From the IMG/VR virus record IMGVR_UViG_3300050139_000115, positions 1 through 53,474 of that record: a stretch of DNA of 53,474 bases. One strand, 5' to 3'. Below are positions 9,650 to 18,509 of the stretch, in pieces. Origin of the DNA: a virus. Lineage: Duplodnaviria > Caudoviricetes. The position numbers and the translations under genes were made by a program. The notes beneath the pieces are model-generated. The model was not told where the DNA came from. It saw only the letters and a list, made by a program, of their open reading frames with translations, and did not search any database. The first letter of the stretch is position 1; each line of letters begins with the position of its first letter.

Positions 9650-10044
9650 CCCGCCACCGCAAACACCTGCACCGCCCCAGCGCGATCGGCTGGCGTGCCC
9701 GTCGGCCCATATTTTGGTAGGTGAAGCGCGCGCACAGGAAAGCGCGGCGCACTACGTTTGATTATCGCCGTAACCGCAGGCGGCACCCACGCTGCCGTCT
9801 TCGTCGAAATCAGCGAGTACACTTTCGGTATCTGCGATCTCGCCGTAGCGCGTGCCGTCGCGTCGTACCGCGCACCCACCAACCCGGCGACTTCCGCATC
9901 GCTCAACATGCCGCGGACGCATGAGCGCGATAGCGCCATCACATGCGCAAGATCGGTAAGCGTGCTACCCGGCACAGCGCGCAAGCGCTCAAGCAGTTGC
10001 TCGCGCCTGGCTGGATTTCTACGTGCCCATGAGCGGTCTGACAT
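9640..10044 (-). CDS. Hypothetical HTH protein
   Basis: PGSTLTDLAHVMALSRSCVRGML helix-turn-helix-like segment. Confidence 0.55.
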   Translation of the reverse strand: MSDRSWARRNPARREQLLERLRAVPGSTLTDLAHVMALSRSCVRGMLSDAEVAGLVGARYDATARATARSQIPKVYSLISTKTAAWVPPAVTAIIKRSAPRFPVRALHLPKYGPTGTPADRAGAVQVFAVAGWM

Positions 10045-10078
10045 GGGGGCCTAGTTCAGGTACTTGTCTCGTTGTTGA

Positions 10079-10354
10079 TCAAGGTGCAGGCTTCGAAGCC
10101 GGCGCAGGCAACGCCGTGCCGCCAGGGATCACTTCGAACGTGGGCCTGGCTACGACAGGTGTCTCGGCAGTGGCAGTAAGGCGTTTCGTGTCACACCACC
10201 ATCCATCCGAAACCTTGCCGTCCTTGTCGGCTTGCGGCATCACGTAGCCTTGAATGCAGCCGGATATGTCAAAGCTGATTGAAACGACGACCCTGGTGCG
10301 CTGGGTTACAGAATCACGCACTTGAAAGCCTAACAACGCTAAAAGATGTTCCAT
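10079..10354 (-). CDS. Conserved phage hypothetical protein
   Basis: AAGGA RBS before MEHLLALLGFQVRDSVT; GCIQ...WCD motif. Confidence 0.6.
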   Translation of the reverse strand: MEHLLALLGFQVRDSVTQRTRVVVSISFDISGCIQGYVMPQADKDGKVSDGWWCDTKRLTATAETPVVARPTFEVIPGGTALPAPASKPAP

Positions 10355-10810
10355 GGAATAGTTCCTTTCTGCTGGAGGTGGCGGCGGACGATGAACGCCA
10401 ACCGGTGGTGGAGGATTTGGAAATTTCTGGCTCACGACTTCGCTTCCGGCGGCAGCGGCCGCGGCGGTACATGGCCTGGCCAGATCCGCGCTGCGCGGTC
10501 GCTGATACGCCAGGCGCGCTCGCGGGCGTAGTGGAAGCCGATCACAAGTCCGGTCAACATGCCGAACGCATAGCCGATCAAGAAGGCGGTCAAGGGATTC
10601 ATGCCCGCACCGCCTGAACCAGATGGCAGGCATCCCGAGCCAGCGTGCCATCGGCATCGAGGATCAGCGCCAAGGGGAAAAGCGGCATCGTGTGCTCACA
10701 GCGGCGCTCACTCGCCGTCTTTACTTGGCCGATGCGAAGAAAGAAGCGGCCTTTGCACAACTGCGCGCGCTGGCGTGGCGTCGGGCTTGTATTCTCGGTG
10801 CTGGCGGCGG

Positions 10811-11038
10811 TCATTTACCACCCTTTCCCAATTTATCCCCACCAGAAGCAGATAATCCCAAGCGCGAGCAGCGTTGGGCAACGATAATAAAATCATGATA
10901 TTCAGCGACGATCATTTTTTCGAGCAGTTGCGCGGCGAGATCGCACGCATTACGACTCTGGAACTCCGCCATGACAGTCAGTTTGCGGTGCTGTTCGTCA
11001 GTAAGACGAACATGGACGGAGTTCTTTTCGGCTGCCAT
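10811..11038 (-). CDS. Small DNA-binding protein (RHH/CII-position)
   Basis: VHVRLTDEQHRKL ribbon-helix-helix-like; located downstream of cro. Confidence 0.55.
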   Translation of the reverse strand: MAAEKNSVHVRLTDEQHRKLTVMAEFQSRNACDLAAQLLEKMIVAEYHDFIIVAQRCSRLGLSASGGDKLGKGGK

Positions 11039-11079
11039 GTCCGGGGCTACGCGACACGGAAACGAATAGGAGACCACCA

Positions 11080-11370
11080 ATGAAACGTAACTACCTCGCC
11101 GTATTCCTGCTGCCTATTCCGCAGCGGGAACACCTGCAAATCGTTGAGGTTATACGGACTGCGTCGAAGGGGGATTTCAAGCAGGCGTTCTTTGGCGCAT
11201 TTGGTGGGGGCTACCTCTTTTGCAGCGAACTGCACCCTTGGGACCTCGACTTCGGCAAGGTGCTGCTGAATGACGACTCGCTCCTGATCGTCGAACTTGG
11301 CGAGACCTTCACGCATCGGAACCTCCGCGTGGCGGAGAACTGGCTGAAGGCCCATCAGGCGGGAAGATGA
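11080..11370 (+). CDS. Hypothetical protein, opposite strand to neighbours (moron-like)
   Basis: AGGAG RBS, 96 aa ORF. Confidence 0.55.
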   Translation: MKRNYLAVFLLPIPQREHLQIVEVIRTASKGDFKQAFFGAFGGGYLFCSELHPWDLDFGKVLLNDDSLLIVELGETFTHRNLRVAENWLKAHQAGR

Positions 11371-11472
11371 AACACATCTGCGCCACGCGCAACCGATCCA
11401 TCGGCCACGCCATCCAGCGCAACAACGCTATCCAGGGCGCATCGAAAAGGCACCAGGTGTATACGCGGCGGT

Positions 11473-11661
11473 TCATGCCGGCGCCTTGCTCTCGGTGCGG
11501 TCCTTGCCCCATAAATCGGGGCGCACTACCTTTATGAACATCAATCGCGCCGGCGGTATGCCATCCTCGCGCCATTGGGAAACCGCCTGCGGTGTCACCT
11601 TGCAAAGTTCAGCAACGGCGGTCGTTCCGCCAAGTTCATCAATGATCTTACTCGCGTCCAT
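11473..11661 (-). CDS. cro: Cro-like repressor
   Basis: IIDELGGTTAVAELCKVTPQAVSQWREDGIP; divergent from cI. Confidence 0.85.
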   Translation of the reverse strand: MDASKIIDELGGTTAVAELCKVTPQAVSQWREDGIPPARLMFIKVVRPDLWGKDRTESKAPA

Positions 11662-11667
11662 TTCGGA

Positions 11668-11707
11668 ATTAAAGCATGCTTGAAACTCATTTGTCAAGGA
11701 TGCTTGA
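11668..11707 (-). promoter_or_regulatory. pR-like promoter with two operators
   Basis: Minus strand TTGACA (11692-97)-18 nt-TTTAAT (11668-73); palindromic operators TAAAGCATGCTTGA (11670-83) and TCAAGGATGCTTGA (11694-707). Confidence 0.8.
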
Positions 11708-11732
11708 TGGCCGACGGAATACCCTTTGCGTC

Positions 11733-12080
11733 ATGATGTTACTGAGTGAGCGAGTGAAAGAGGCGATAGATGCCGCCGCGGACAACGGCCATACCGTTGC
11801 TCAAATTGCGAAGGCGTGCGGAATTAAACCTCAAGCCGTCTATCAATGGATGGATGGTGCCACTAAATCCATTGATGGCGAAAACCTGGTCGAGCTTGCC
11901 GAACTGTCCGGCTACCTTGCAATGTGGATAGTCAAGGAAAGGGGTCCAAAATCCGACACCAGATCAATGCAGCAGGCGGTCAAACTGATTAGACAAATGA
12001 CTCCGGAAAAGCAGGCAATCGCCGTTAAAATTATTGCTCCGCTTGTTGAACAGGACGGAGACAATGCAAAGGTCGGCTAA
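11733..12080 (+). CDS. cI: CI-like repressor (HTH only, no S24 peptidase domain)
   Basis: TVAQIAKACGIKPQAVYQWMDG; between two operator pairs. Confidence 0.8.
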   Translation: MMLLSERVKEAIDAAADNGHTVAQIAKACGIKPQAVYQWMDGATKSIDGENLVELAELSGYLAMWIVKERGPKSDTRSMQQAVKLIRQMTPEKQAIAVKIIAPLVEQDGDNAKVG

Positions 12081-12107
12081 AATTTTCTCTCTTTTCGAGG
12101 AAAAAAA

Positions 12108-12308
12108 ATGATCCGCGCCATTGCCGTCGCCGCGCTGTTCTGCATGTTGCCCATGGCTGCGACGGCCGCTGATATGACCATTGCGGCGCTGACCCTCGGC
12201 GCGCCGCTGACTCTCCCAGAGTGCAAGTTTGAGTCGCGTTATGGCAGCAGCGTCCTTCACGATCTAGCTTCAACCGAGACGTGTTCACACGATGTGCGCG
12301 TGATTTGA
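12108..12308 (+). CDS. Small exported protein (signal peptide)
   Basis: MIRAIAVAALFCMLPMAATA signal; GAGG RBS; follows cI. Confidence 0.5.
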   Translation: MIRAIAVAALFCMLPMAATAADMTIAALTLGAPLTLPECKFESRYGSSVLHDLASTETCSHDVRVI

Positions 12309-12425
12309 TCTGCCGACGCCTTTCGCCTTCCGCATAACCCCTCCAAATAGTCCCTACCCGCCCAGCGGGTTCGCCGGCCGGTTTCACGCCTGACGGAGGC
12401 AAATACACCCTTTTTGGCTTAAAAG

Positions 12426-12465
12426 TAAAGTATGCTTGACATTTAATAATCAAGCATGCTTTAAT
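12426..12465 (+). promoter_or_regulatory. pL-like promoter with two operators
   Basis: TTGACA (12436-41)-18 nt-TTTAAT (12460-65); operators TAAAGTATGCTTGA (12426-39) and TCAAGCATGCTTTA (12450-63). Confidence 0.8.
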
Positions 12466-12503
12466 CTCCCATCAGCCGCACCCAGCGGACCAGGGAGCCC
12501 AGC

Positions 12504-12809
12504 ATGAGATCAGCCGGTTTCGCAGTAAGGAAAGACGAAGCTCGCATCATCGCCAAGATCGCCGCGCGCGCCGTATCGTTGGCGGCATCGGCCGGCATCA
12601 CCTATGAGTTCATGGACGCAGACATGGACATCACCGCTACGCACGCCAACGGTTGCCCGCTCAGACTCGACGACCTGCTCGCAGCGGACGAGTTCAATTT
12701 CGGCCATGACGTGTTCGGCATTCGCAACTGCCTTGACCGTGAAACCGGCAAGTTGCTGCGCAATTTCCTGCCGCGCTTCCACGCGAAACATGCCGAGGCG
12801 CGATCATGA
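12504..12809 (+). CDS. Phage hypothetical protein, first gene of the early operon
   Basis: GGAG RBS; MDITATHANGCPL.L..LL.AD.FNF.HDV.GI...FLPRF. Confidence 0.75.
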   Translation: MRSAGFAVRKDEARIIAKIAARAVSLAASAGITYEFMDADMDITATHANGCPLRLDDLLAADEFNFGHDVFGIRNCLDRETGKLLRNFLPRFHAKHAEARS

Positions 12810-13183
12810 ACGCCCTAACCGGAGTAACCGAAAACATCCTCGGCGATCTTTGGCGCGAGGTCGTCGCTGCTGGGCGGGCGGCAACATTTAGAAAGGCAAA
12901 GGCTGACCCACAGGCACACAAGCTGACGAAGGTTATGGACGAAGGAAAATCGGCAAGCTGGCGCTACTGGTCTGCCGCGCCGGATGGTTTCGGTCGGCAA
13001 GTCCGCTTTTGCTGGTCCTGCAACAGAAACGCGGCCGGGTACTTTCTCGGATGGCGTGAAGTGGTGAACAAGAACGGAACCATCAAACGGGATCGCTTCT
13101 TGTCGCGCAAGCTCAAGCACCGCGTGCGCGAGATCGCAGCGGCCAGGCGCGATTCCTGGAACGCAGAGCGGGTGCCAACATGA
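12806..13183 (+). CDS. Hypothetical protein
   Basis: ATGA-coupled to neighbours. Confidence 0.65.
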   Translation: MNALTGVTENILGDLWREVVAAGRAATFRKAKADPQAHKLTKVMDEGKSASWRYWSAAPDGFGRQVRFCWSCNRNAAGYFLGWREVVNKNGTIKRDRFLSRKLKHRVREIAAARRDSWNAERVPT

Positions 13184-13590
13184 ACACCCAAGCCCTCATT
13201 CAACTCTGGAACTGCACACAACGGCATCACGGCGCGTCGGGCGCCCGCGCCGCGGCCGGGGTGCTGCTCGGCCTATACAACGGCGATCGCTTCCCGTTCG
13301 ACCTCGTTGACCTGCGTGTGATGGACCAGAACTACCTGGACGCGGCGATAGAGGTCATTCGTTGCGATGCCACGCGCTGCCAACGGGAAGTGCACGAGTG
13401 GCTCAATCAATTAACCGGCCGTAGAGATTTTGGTATGCGGTTCGAACGCCTCGCTCACGAATACCGGCGCAAAGGCCGCTGCAAGCTAATCCATCTCGAT
13501 CCGGTCTCACCGGAGAACCTGTTGATTGAGCAGCCAGAGCCGATTGGTAAGCAGATCGTGCGCAGCAATCCAGCGCCGATGCTGTCATGA
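13180..13590 (+). CDS. Hypothetical protein
   Basis: LLGLYNGDRFPFDL.DLR motif; ATGA-coupled. Confidence 0.7.
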   Translation: MNTQALIQLWNCTQRHHGASGARAAAGVLLGLYNGDRFPFDLVDLRVMDQNYLDAAIEVIRCDATRCQREVHEWLNQLTGRRDFGMRFERLAHEYRRKGRCKLIHLDPVSPENLLIEQPEPIGKQIVRSNPAPMLS

Positions 13591-13769
13591 GCGCCGCCGT
13601 GGAGCGCGCTATCCATGACGGCCTGAAGAACGCAATTCAGGCGATTGAGAAAGAGAACGGCATCCGGGTGCTGGATATTCACGTCGATTGGCGAGGAATA
13701 CGAGCGCTCGGCTCGCCTCCACAATTTTACGTTAACAGCATCCGAGCAACAACTGAGAGCGGAGATTGA
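13587..13769 (+). CDS. Hypothetical protein
   Basis: ATGA-coupled. Confidence 0.55.
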   Translation: MSAAVERAIHDGLKNAIQAIEKENGIRVLDIHVDWRGIRALGSPPQFYVNSIRATTESGD

Positions 13770-13771
13770 CG

Positions 13772-14038
13772 ATGCAAGCCATCTGGAAATTTCCGCTCGG
13801 CTTGCAAGACAAAACGGTCATCACCATGCCGCGCAGCGCCCAGATCCTATGCGTGCAGACTCAGTTCAACAAGCCATGTCTCTGGGCGCTGATTCACGAT
13901 ATCGATGGACCGAAGGTTTCGCGCACGTACACCACCTACGGCACCGGCCACAAGCACGAAGCAATCACCGGACGTTACATCGGCACCTATCAACTCGACG
14001 GCGGCGCGCTCGTGTTTCATGTTTTCGAGGAGGCGTGA
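13772..14038 (+). CDS. Conserved small phage protein
   Basis: IWKFPL...YGTGH...YIGT.Q...LVFHVFE; GGAG RBS. Confidence 0.7.
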   Translation: MQAIWKFPLGLQDKTVITMPRSAQILCVQTQFNKPCLWALIHDIDGPKVSRTYTTYGTGHKHEAITGRYIGTYQLDGGALVFHVFEEA

Positions 14039-14340
14039 TGTGCTTACCCTCAATCGTTGATCTGCACCAAGCCGTCCCGGTGAGCGCCGCAGAACTGACG
14101 CGGCTGCGCCCGCTTGCTCAATTCGCCCTAGCCGTGCTTGAGGAAAGCCGTAACGAATTGGCGGACCTAGACGGCGGCTGGTTGCAGGACAAGGCCGAAG
14201 CCCTTGGCTTATTGGTGCGCGTTCCAGTAACAGAGCCATGCGGCGACGAATGTCGCTGCGCTGATTATGGCGCGTTTCCGCAGGACTGCCTGCGCTATTC
14301 GGATGAAGTGAGCGCGGCTCTAGGAAGGGCACAACCATGA
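14038..14340 (+). CDS. Hypothetical protein
   Basis: GAGGAGG RBS, TGATG coupling; DLDGG.LQD.A..LGLL...PCG..C.C. Confidence 0.6.
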   Translation: MCLPSIVDLHQAVPVSAAELTRLRPLAQFALAVLEESRNELADLDGGWLQDKAEALGLLVRVPVTEPCGDECRCADYGAFPQDCLRYSDEVSAALGRAQP

Positions 14341-14567
14341 GTGCCCGCGCCGCCTATCCGAATGCCGCGATCTACCCGCACGGCGCTCTGACGGCGACGC
14401 AGCTCGAACAGCTTTGCCACGATCACAGACTGCGCCTGATGCAGACCACGCACGGATACCTTTACCTATCAACCGAGTCCACAGCAGCGCCTAAAGCGCT
14501 TCCCGTTCTCCTCCCTGTCGGGGACGTAGAGGGCGCTGCTGCTGGGCCACCATTAGAAGCGGCTTAA
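14337..14567 (+). CDS. Hypothetical protein
   Basis: ATGA-coupled. Confidence 0.5.
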   Translation: MSARAAYPNAAIYPHGALTATQLEQLCHDHRLRLMQTTHGYLYLSTESTAAPKALPVLLPVGDVEGAAAGPPLEAA

Positions 14568-14762
14568 ATGGAACGCTACGCAAACAAGCGAATGATGTTC
14601 CGCCGCGGCGGGCGGTTCTCCAAGCCACCAACATTGGCCCAACTTGGCTATCCGGTAGCCACGGGACAAATGACCTGCGTATGTGGGCACAAGTTCTATC
14701 CGATCCTGATAACGGGGTACTGCCCTAAATGCGGATCAAGCGAAAAACAGGAGGCAGCATGA
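14568..14762 (+). CDS. Small Zn-ribbon protein
   Basis: CVCGH...CPKCGS. Confidence 0.55.
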   Translation: MERYANKRMMFRRGGRFSKPPTLAQLGYPVATGQMTCVCGHKFYPILITGYCPKCGSSEKQEAA

Positions 14763-14892
14763 CCCACATCATCAGCAACGACTCGCCCAAGGAACGCCAC
14801 ATAGCCGCGCACCCCGCTGACTACATCGTCGGCAGCTTCCTCGTCGCCGTAGTGATCCTAGCGTTGCTCGGCTACATCTAGGAGACAACAAC

Positions 14893-15117
14893 ATGATCCG
14901 CCTTTTCTTCTCTCTCACCATCCACCTGGTCCTGCAATGGAACGCCCGCGTGAACGCCGCAGCACAGCGCCACGCAGCCGCGCACGCTGAGGAAGATATG
15001 CTCGCTTACCGCGCCGGCATCCCGAGGGCCGACGAATCCGCCCAGCATTGGGAATCGCGCGTGCGCGAAATCAAGACTGAACTACGGGCACGGAAACTTG
15101 CGAGGTTATTCGGATGA
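14893..15117 (+). CDS. Hypothetical protein
   Basis: AGGAG RBS. Confidence 0.55.
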   Translation: MIRLFFSLTIHLVLQWNARVNAAAQRHAAAHAEEDMLAYRAGIPRADESAQHWESRVREIKTELRARKLARLFG

Positions 15118-15323
15118 ACACCACCGCCTCGCTCGATCTTCCGCTCGACATTCCCGTGAAGCCCCACGACGATCCGGAGCCGCGCGCGGTGTGGCAGACC
15201 ATCTTCGCGCCGACACGCCCGCACGTCACGTTCGAACAGGCGATGCGCGACCCAATCCTCGCCCACAGTATCACCCAGGTCTCGCTCAAGCGCGCACGGC
15301 GCCTCGCCAAGGCCGGCAAATGA
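15114..15323 (+). CDS. Hypothetical protein
   Basis: ATGA-coupled. Confidence 0.55.
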   Translation: MNTTASLDLPLDIPVKPHDDPEPRAVWQTIFAPTRPHVTFEQAMRDPILAHSITQVSLKRARRLAKAGK

Positions 15324-15727
15324 TCCTCATCGGGTTGGCTGGCCCGCCAAGCGCAGGCAGGAGCACCGTCGCCATGCGCCTGAGCCATGGCCACAGTTTC
15401 CAGCGACTGCTGTTTCGCGGCCCCAACCTGGAACGCGAGGAAACCTGGCGGCAGCAGTATGGCGAGCGCTTTGAATTTCACCGCGCGCGAAAAACGCCTG
15501 GCGTCGTCCTCAACGTGCAATCCGACAAAGAGGCGGCATTCATCCGCGACCAGGGCGGCCAGGTTTGGCACCTGCAGCGCTTAGGCTATCTGACGCGCGC
15601 GGGCGATACCTACAAAGGCATCCTTCCGCAAGCCGCCGATCGCGGTCTGCTGAACGACGGCCCGATCGCGGCGCTCTACAACCGCGTCGACAGACTGCTC
15701 GACGACTTGGCCGACGCGCGCGGCTAA
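15320..15727 (+). CDS. Degenerate dNMP-kinase-like P-loop protein
   Basis: MILIGLAGPPSAGRST...EAAFIR..GG.VWHL.R. Confidence 0.55.
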   Translation: MILIGLAGPPSAGRSTVAMRLSHGHSFQRLLFRGPNLEREETWRQQYGERFEFHRARKTPGVVLNVQSDKEAAFIRDQGGQVWHLQRLGYLTRAGDTYKGILPQAADRGLLNDGPIAALYNRVDRLLDDLADARG

Positions 15728-15745
15728 TCACTTTCAGGAGAACCC

Positions 15746-17521
15746 ATGAACGCACCCGCCACCGCCACCACGCCAGACAGCGCCTATCAATTCATCATGC
15801 TCGACGACATCGAGCCATCGAACACGCACATCCAACAGTTGCGCAGGGCTCGGTTCGACACCGCAGCCATGGCCGAGCTGGTCGCGACCGTCGAGGCGCA
15901 CGGCGTGCTGCAGCCGATTCTGGTGCGGCCGAAATACACCGTGCGCGTGCACCATGCCGGCGAGGGCCTCCACTGGTACGCCGAGATACTGGGATTTTCC
16001 GGCAATTGGAATACGCAGGGCACCGGCCATAAGACGCAGGCCGAGGCCGAGGCCGAAGGGGCACAGCTCTCCGCGCAACACGAGATCGTAGCTGGCGAAC
16101 GCCGTTGGCTCGCCGCGCGCGCGGCGAAGCTCGCGCAGATCCCCGCCGTGGTGCGCGATCTCACCGACCTCCAGGTGCTCGAATTCCAGTTGATTGAAAA
16201 TTTACAGCAGGAAGGCTTGCACCCGCTAGAGGAGGCCGAAGGCTTTGCCGACCTGATGAAGTTGCAAGAGGTAACCGCCGAAACCATCGCCGAAACTATC
16301 GGCCGCAGCAAGAGCCACGTGCACGCCCGTTTGAAGCTGCTCGAACTCATCCCCGCAGCCCGTGAAGCGTTCAACAGCGGCTTGATCGATTTATCCAAAG
16401 CGCAGCGCATCGCGCGTATTCCGGTGCCAAAGCTGCAAGCAAAGGCGCTCAAGCTCGCGGCGACTCCCGACTACCGCGGCGACGCCATTTCGTTTAGAGA
16501 TTTCACGCACGGTCTCGAAAACAATAAATTTGTGATCGCGCTGAAACTCGCCACATTCAGCTTACGCGACTCTACCCTACCCGGCGGCGATTGCATTGGG
16601 TGCCCCAAACGCACGGGCAATCTGGGTGATTTGTTCACCGACATCAAAGACCCCGACGTATGCACCGACCCCGGTTGTTTCGATAAGAAGACCACAGCCC
16701 ATCAAAAGCACCTGCGCGCCCAGGCCGATGCAACTGGCCGCACCATCATCAGCGGCGACGCGGCCAAGGCGATCATGGGCCATCAAGATCAACTGCGCGG
16801 TTACATCGACCTCGATGCCATATCAAACGAAGAATTCCCCGAGGCGGAACCGGAAACGCCAGAGGACGGCGCAAAGACGCCAGAGTGGTTTGCCTGGGAA
16901 AAGCGCTTTGACGCCTTCACCCCGCGCACCTATCGCCAGATCCTCGGTGACATCGAAGCCGCCGTGCTGCTCGACACCGGCAAAACGCTACGTGAGATCC
17001 TCGCCATCGCCGATGCGCGCAAACTCCTCAAGCCGCACGGCATCACTTTGCCAGACTGGATTGACCGCAAACCAGAACCATCCGACCCAGCCGAACGAAA
17101 AGAAGAGGAAGAAAAGCAGCGCGAGCGCCAAGCGACCGAGGAAGAATTCCGCCGCGCATTGCTCGCGCAGATTCACGCCAAGTGGAAGGGACCGCTAAAA
17201 CGCGAGGACCTCATTGCGCTTGCCCGCTGGCTGCTGGAGACCACCGACACCACCGCGCTTGAACAAACGTGCTACGGCGGCAAGGAAATCAATCCCGAGA
17301 AAATGACCGAGGCCGAACTGATCCGCCTATTGGCGGAATTCACCGTGACGCAGACGATCGAGTACCTGAGCAACAATCCCGCCCCACTCCTCAATCTGGC
17401 CAAGCGCTGCAAGATTGATCCGGCCAAGGTGAAGAAGGACCTTGCTTCAGCGGCGAAGGCGAAAGCAAATCCGGCGCCGGCGAAGGCGCGGAGCACCAAG
17501 AAAAAGGCGGTGAAGAAATGA
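15746..17521 (+). CDS. ParB/RepB/Spo0J-family protein
   Basis: GVLQPILVRP...EIVAGERRW.AA...IENLQ, HPLEEA, HTH, C..CP...C.DP.CF. Confidence 0.85.
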   Translation: MNAPATATTPDSAYQFIMLDDIEPSNTHIQQLRRARFDTAAMAELVATVEAHGVLQPILVRPKYTVRVHHAGEGLHWYAEILGFSGNWNTQGTGHKTQAEAEAEGAQLSAQHEIVAGERRWLAARAAKLAQIPAVVRDLTDLQVLEFQLIENLQQEGLHPLEEAEGFADLMKLQEVTAETIAETIGRSKSHVHARLKLLELIPAAREAFNSGLIDLSKAQRIARIPVPKLQAKALKLAATPDYRGDAISFRDFTHGLENNKFVIALKLATFSLRDSTLPGGDCIGCPKRTGNLGDLFTDIKDPDVCTDPGCFDKKTTAHQKHLRAQADATGRTIISGDAAKAIMGHQDQLRGYIDLDAISNEEFPEAEPETPEDGAKTPEWFAWEKRFDAFTPRTYRQILGDIEAAVLLDTGKTLREILAIADARKLLKPHGITLPDWIDRKPEPSDPAERKEEEEKQRERQATEEEFRRALLAQIHAKWKGPLKREDLIALARWLLETTDTTALEQTCYGGKEINPEKMTEAELIRLLAEFTVTQTIEYLSNNPAPLLNLAKRCKIDPAKVKKDLASAAKAKANPAPAKARSTKKKAVKK

Positions 17522-17847
17522 GTGCCGCACCGGAGAGTTTCGATCTGATCGCCCACCTGCGCCGGCAGTGTGAATTTTCCCTTCACACTTTCGGACCCGG
17601 CGAGCGCACGGACGGATTGATCGATCACATCATCAAAGAGCTTGACGAGATCGAGTCGGACCCGACCGACCTCTCCGAGTGGATCGATGTCGTGATTCTC
17701 GCCCTGGATGGCGCGTGGCGAATCGGAGCGACGCCGGAGCAAATCGTCGCCGCTCTGGTAGCAAAGCAGACCAAGAACGAGGCGCGCGAATGGCCTGACT
17801 GGCGCACCGCTGCACCAGGGAAAGCCATCGAGCACGTTGAAGACTGA
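17518..17847 (+). CDS. DUF550-like dATP/dGTP pyrophosphohydrolase domain protein
   Basis: TFGPG.R...HI.KEL.EI...EW.DV.IL..DG...K..KN..R.WPDW. Confidence 0.75.
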   Translation: MSAAPESFDLIAHLRRQCEFSLHTFGPGERTDGLIDHIIKELDEIESDPTDLSEWIDVVILALDGAWRIGATPEQIVAALVAKQTKNEAREWPDWRTAAPGKAIEHVED

Positions 17848-17866
17848 CCCACAACCAGGAGCCCAC

Positions 17867-18481
17867 ATGAACGCACCAGAATCAAAGACCGAAGTTCCCA
17901 CAATCATCGGCACACCCTACGGCGGCGGTTTCTTCTACGGCCGCATCATCGACGGCGATCATCTGTTCGCACTGATCGTCGCGCCTAAGGACGGCGGCGA
18001 GCATGACGACACGCCGTGGAATAAGTCAAGGAAGGCTGTTGCCGGCGCCGGCAGCTACTTCGACGGCATGGCCAACACACGCGCGATGGCTGAGGCAGGC
18101 AGCGGACTCGCCCAGTGGGCGCTGGGCCTGAAACTCAACGGCGAGAGCGACTGGTATCTGCCCAGCCGTGACGAGCTGGAGATCCTGTACCGCAACCTCA
18201 AGCCTACCACCCACGAGAACTACGAGTACCGCAACGGCGACAATCCGAGCAGCGTGCCGGCAGGGTATCCATACACCGCCAAGCTGCCAGCGCAAACCGC
18301 TGCCGAGCACTTCCGTACTGGCGGCCCCGAGGCATTCGAGGACGCCTGGTATTGGACCTCAACGCAGTGCGCCCCGGACGACGACTATGCCTGGGCGCAG
18401 GATTTCCTCAACGGCTTCCAGAGCAACTACCGCAAGGACGACGACTTCAGGGCTCGGGCGGTCCGCAGATTGCCCATTTAG
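17867..18481 (+). CDS. DGR1 target A, DUF1566/CLec-like protein
   Basis: IGTPYGGGFFYG, DWYLPSRDEL, WYWTST, RARAVRR; 3' end is VR1a. Confidence 0.88.
   Translation: MNAPESKTEVPTIIGTPYGGGFFYGRIIDGDHLFALIVAPKDGGEHDDTPWNKSRKAVAGAGSYFDGMANTRAMAEAGSGLAQWALGLKLNGESDWYLPSRDELEILYRNLKPTTHENYEYRNGDNPSSVPAGYPYTAKLPAQTAAEHFRTGGPEAFEDAWYWTSTQCAPDDDYAWAQDFLNGFQSNYRKDDDFRARAVRRLPI
18363..18470 (+). repeat. Variable repeat VR1a
   Basis: Aligns ungapped to TR1; 14 mismatches, all at TR A. Confidence 0.95.
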
Positions 18482-18509
18482 TCCATTCAACAATTTCAGG
18501 GGTGAACCG

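Noticed and set aside
18168-18509. N-terminal extension of ORF 18168..19010
   Set aside because: Alternative frame of target A; the real start is ATG 18510 with an RBS.
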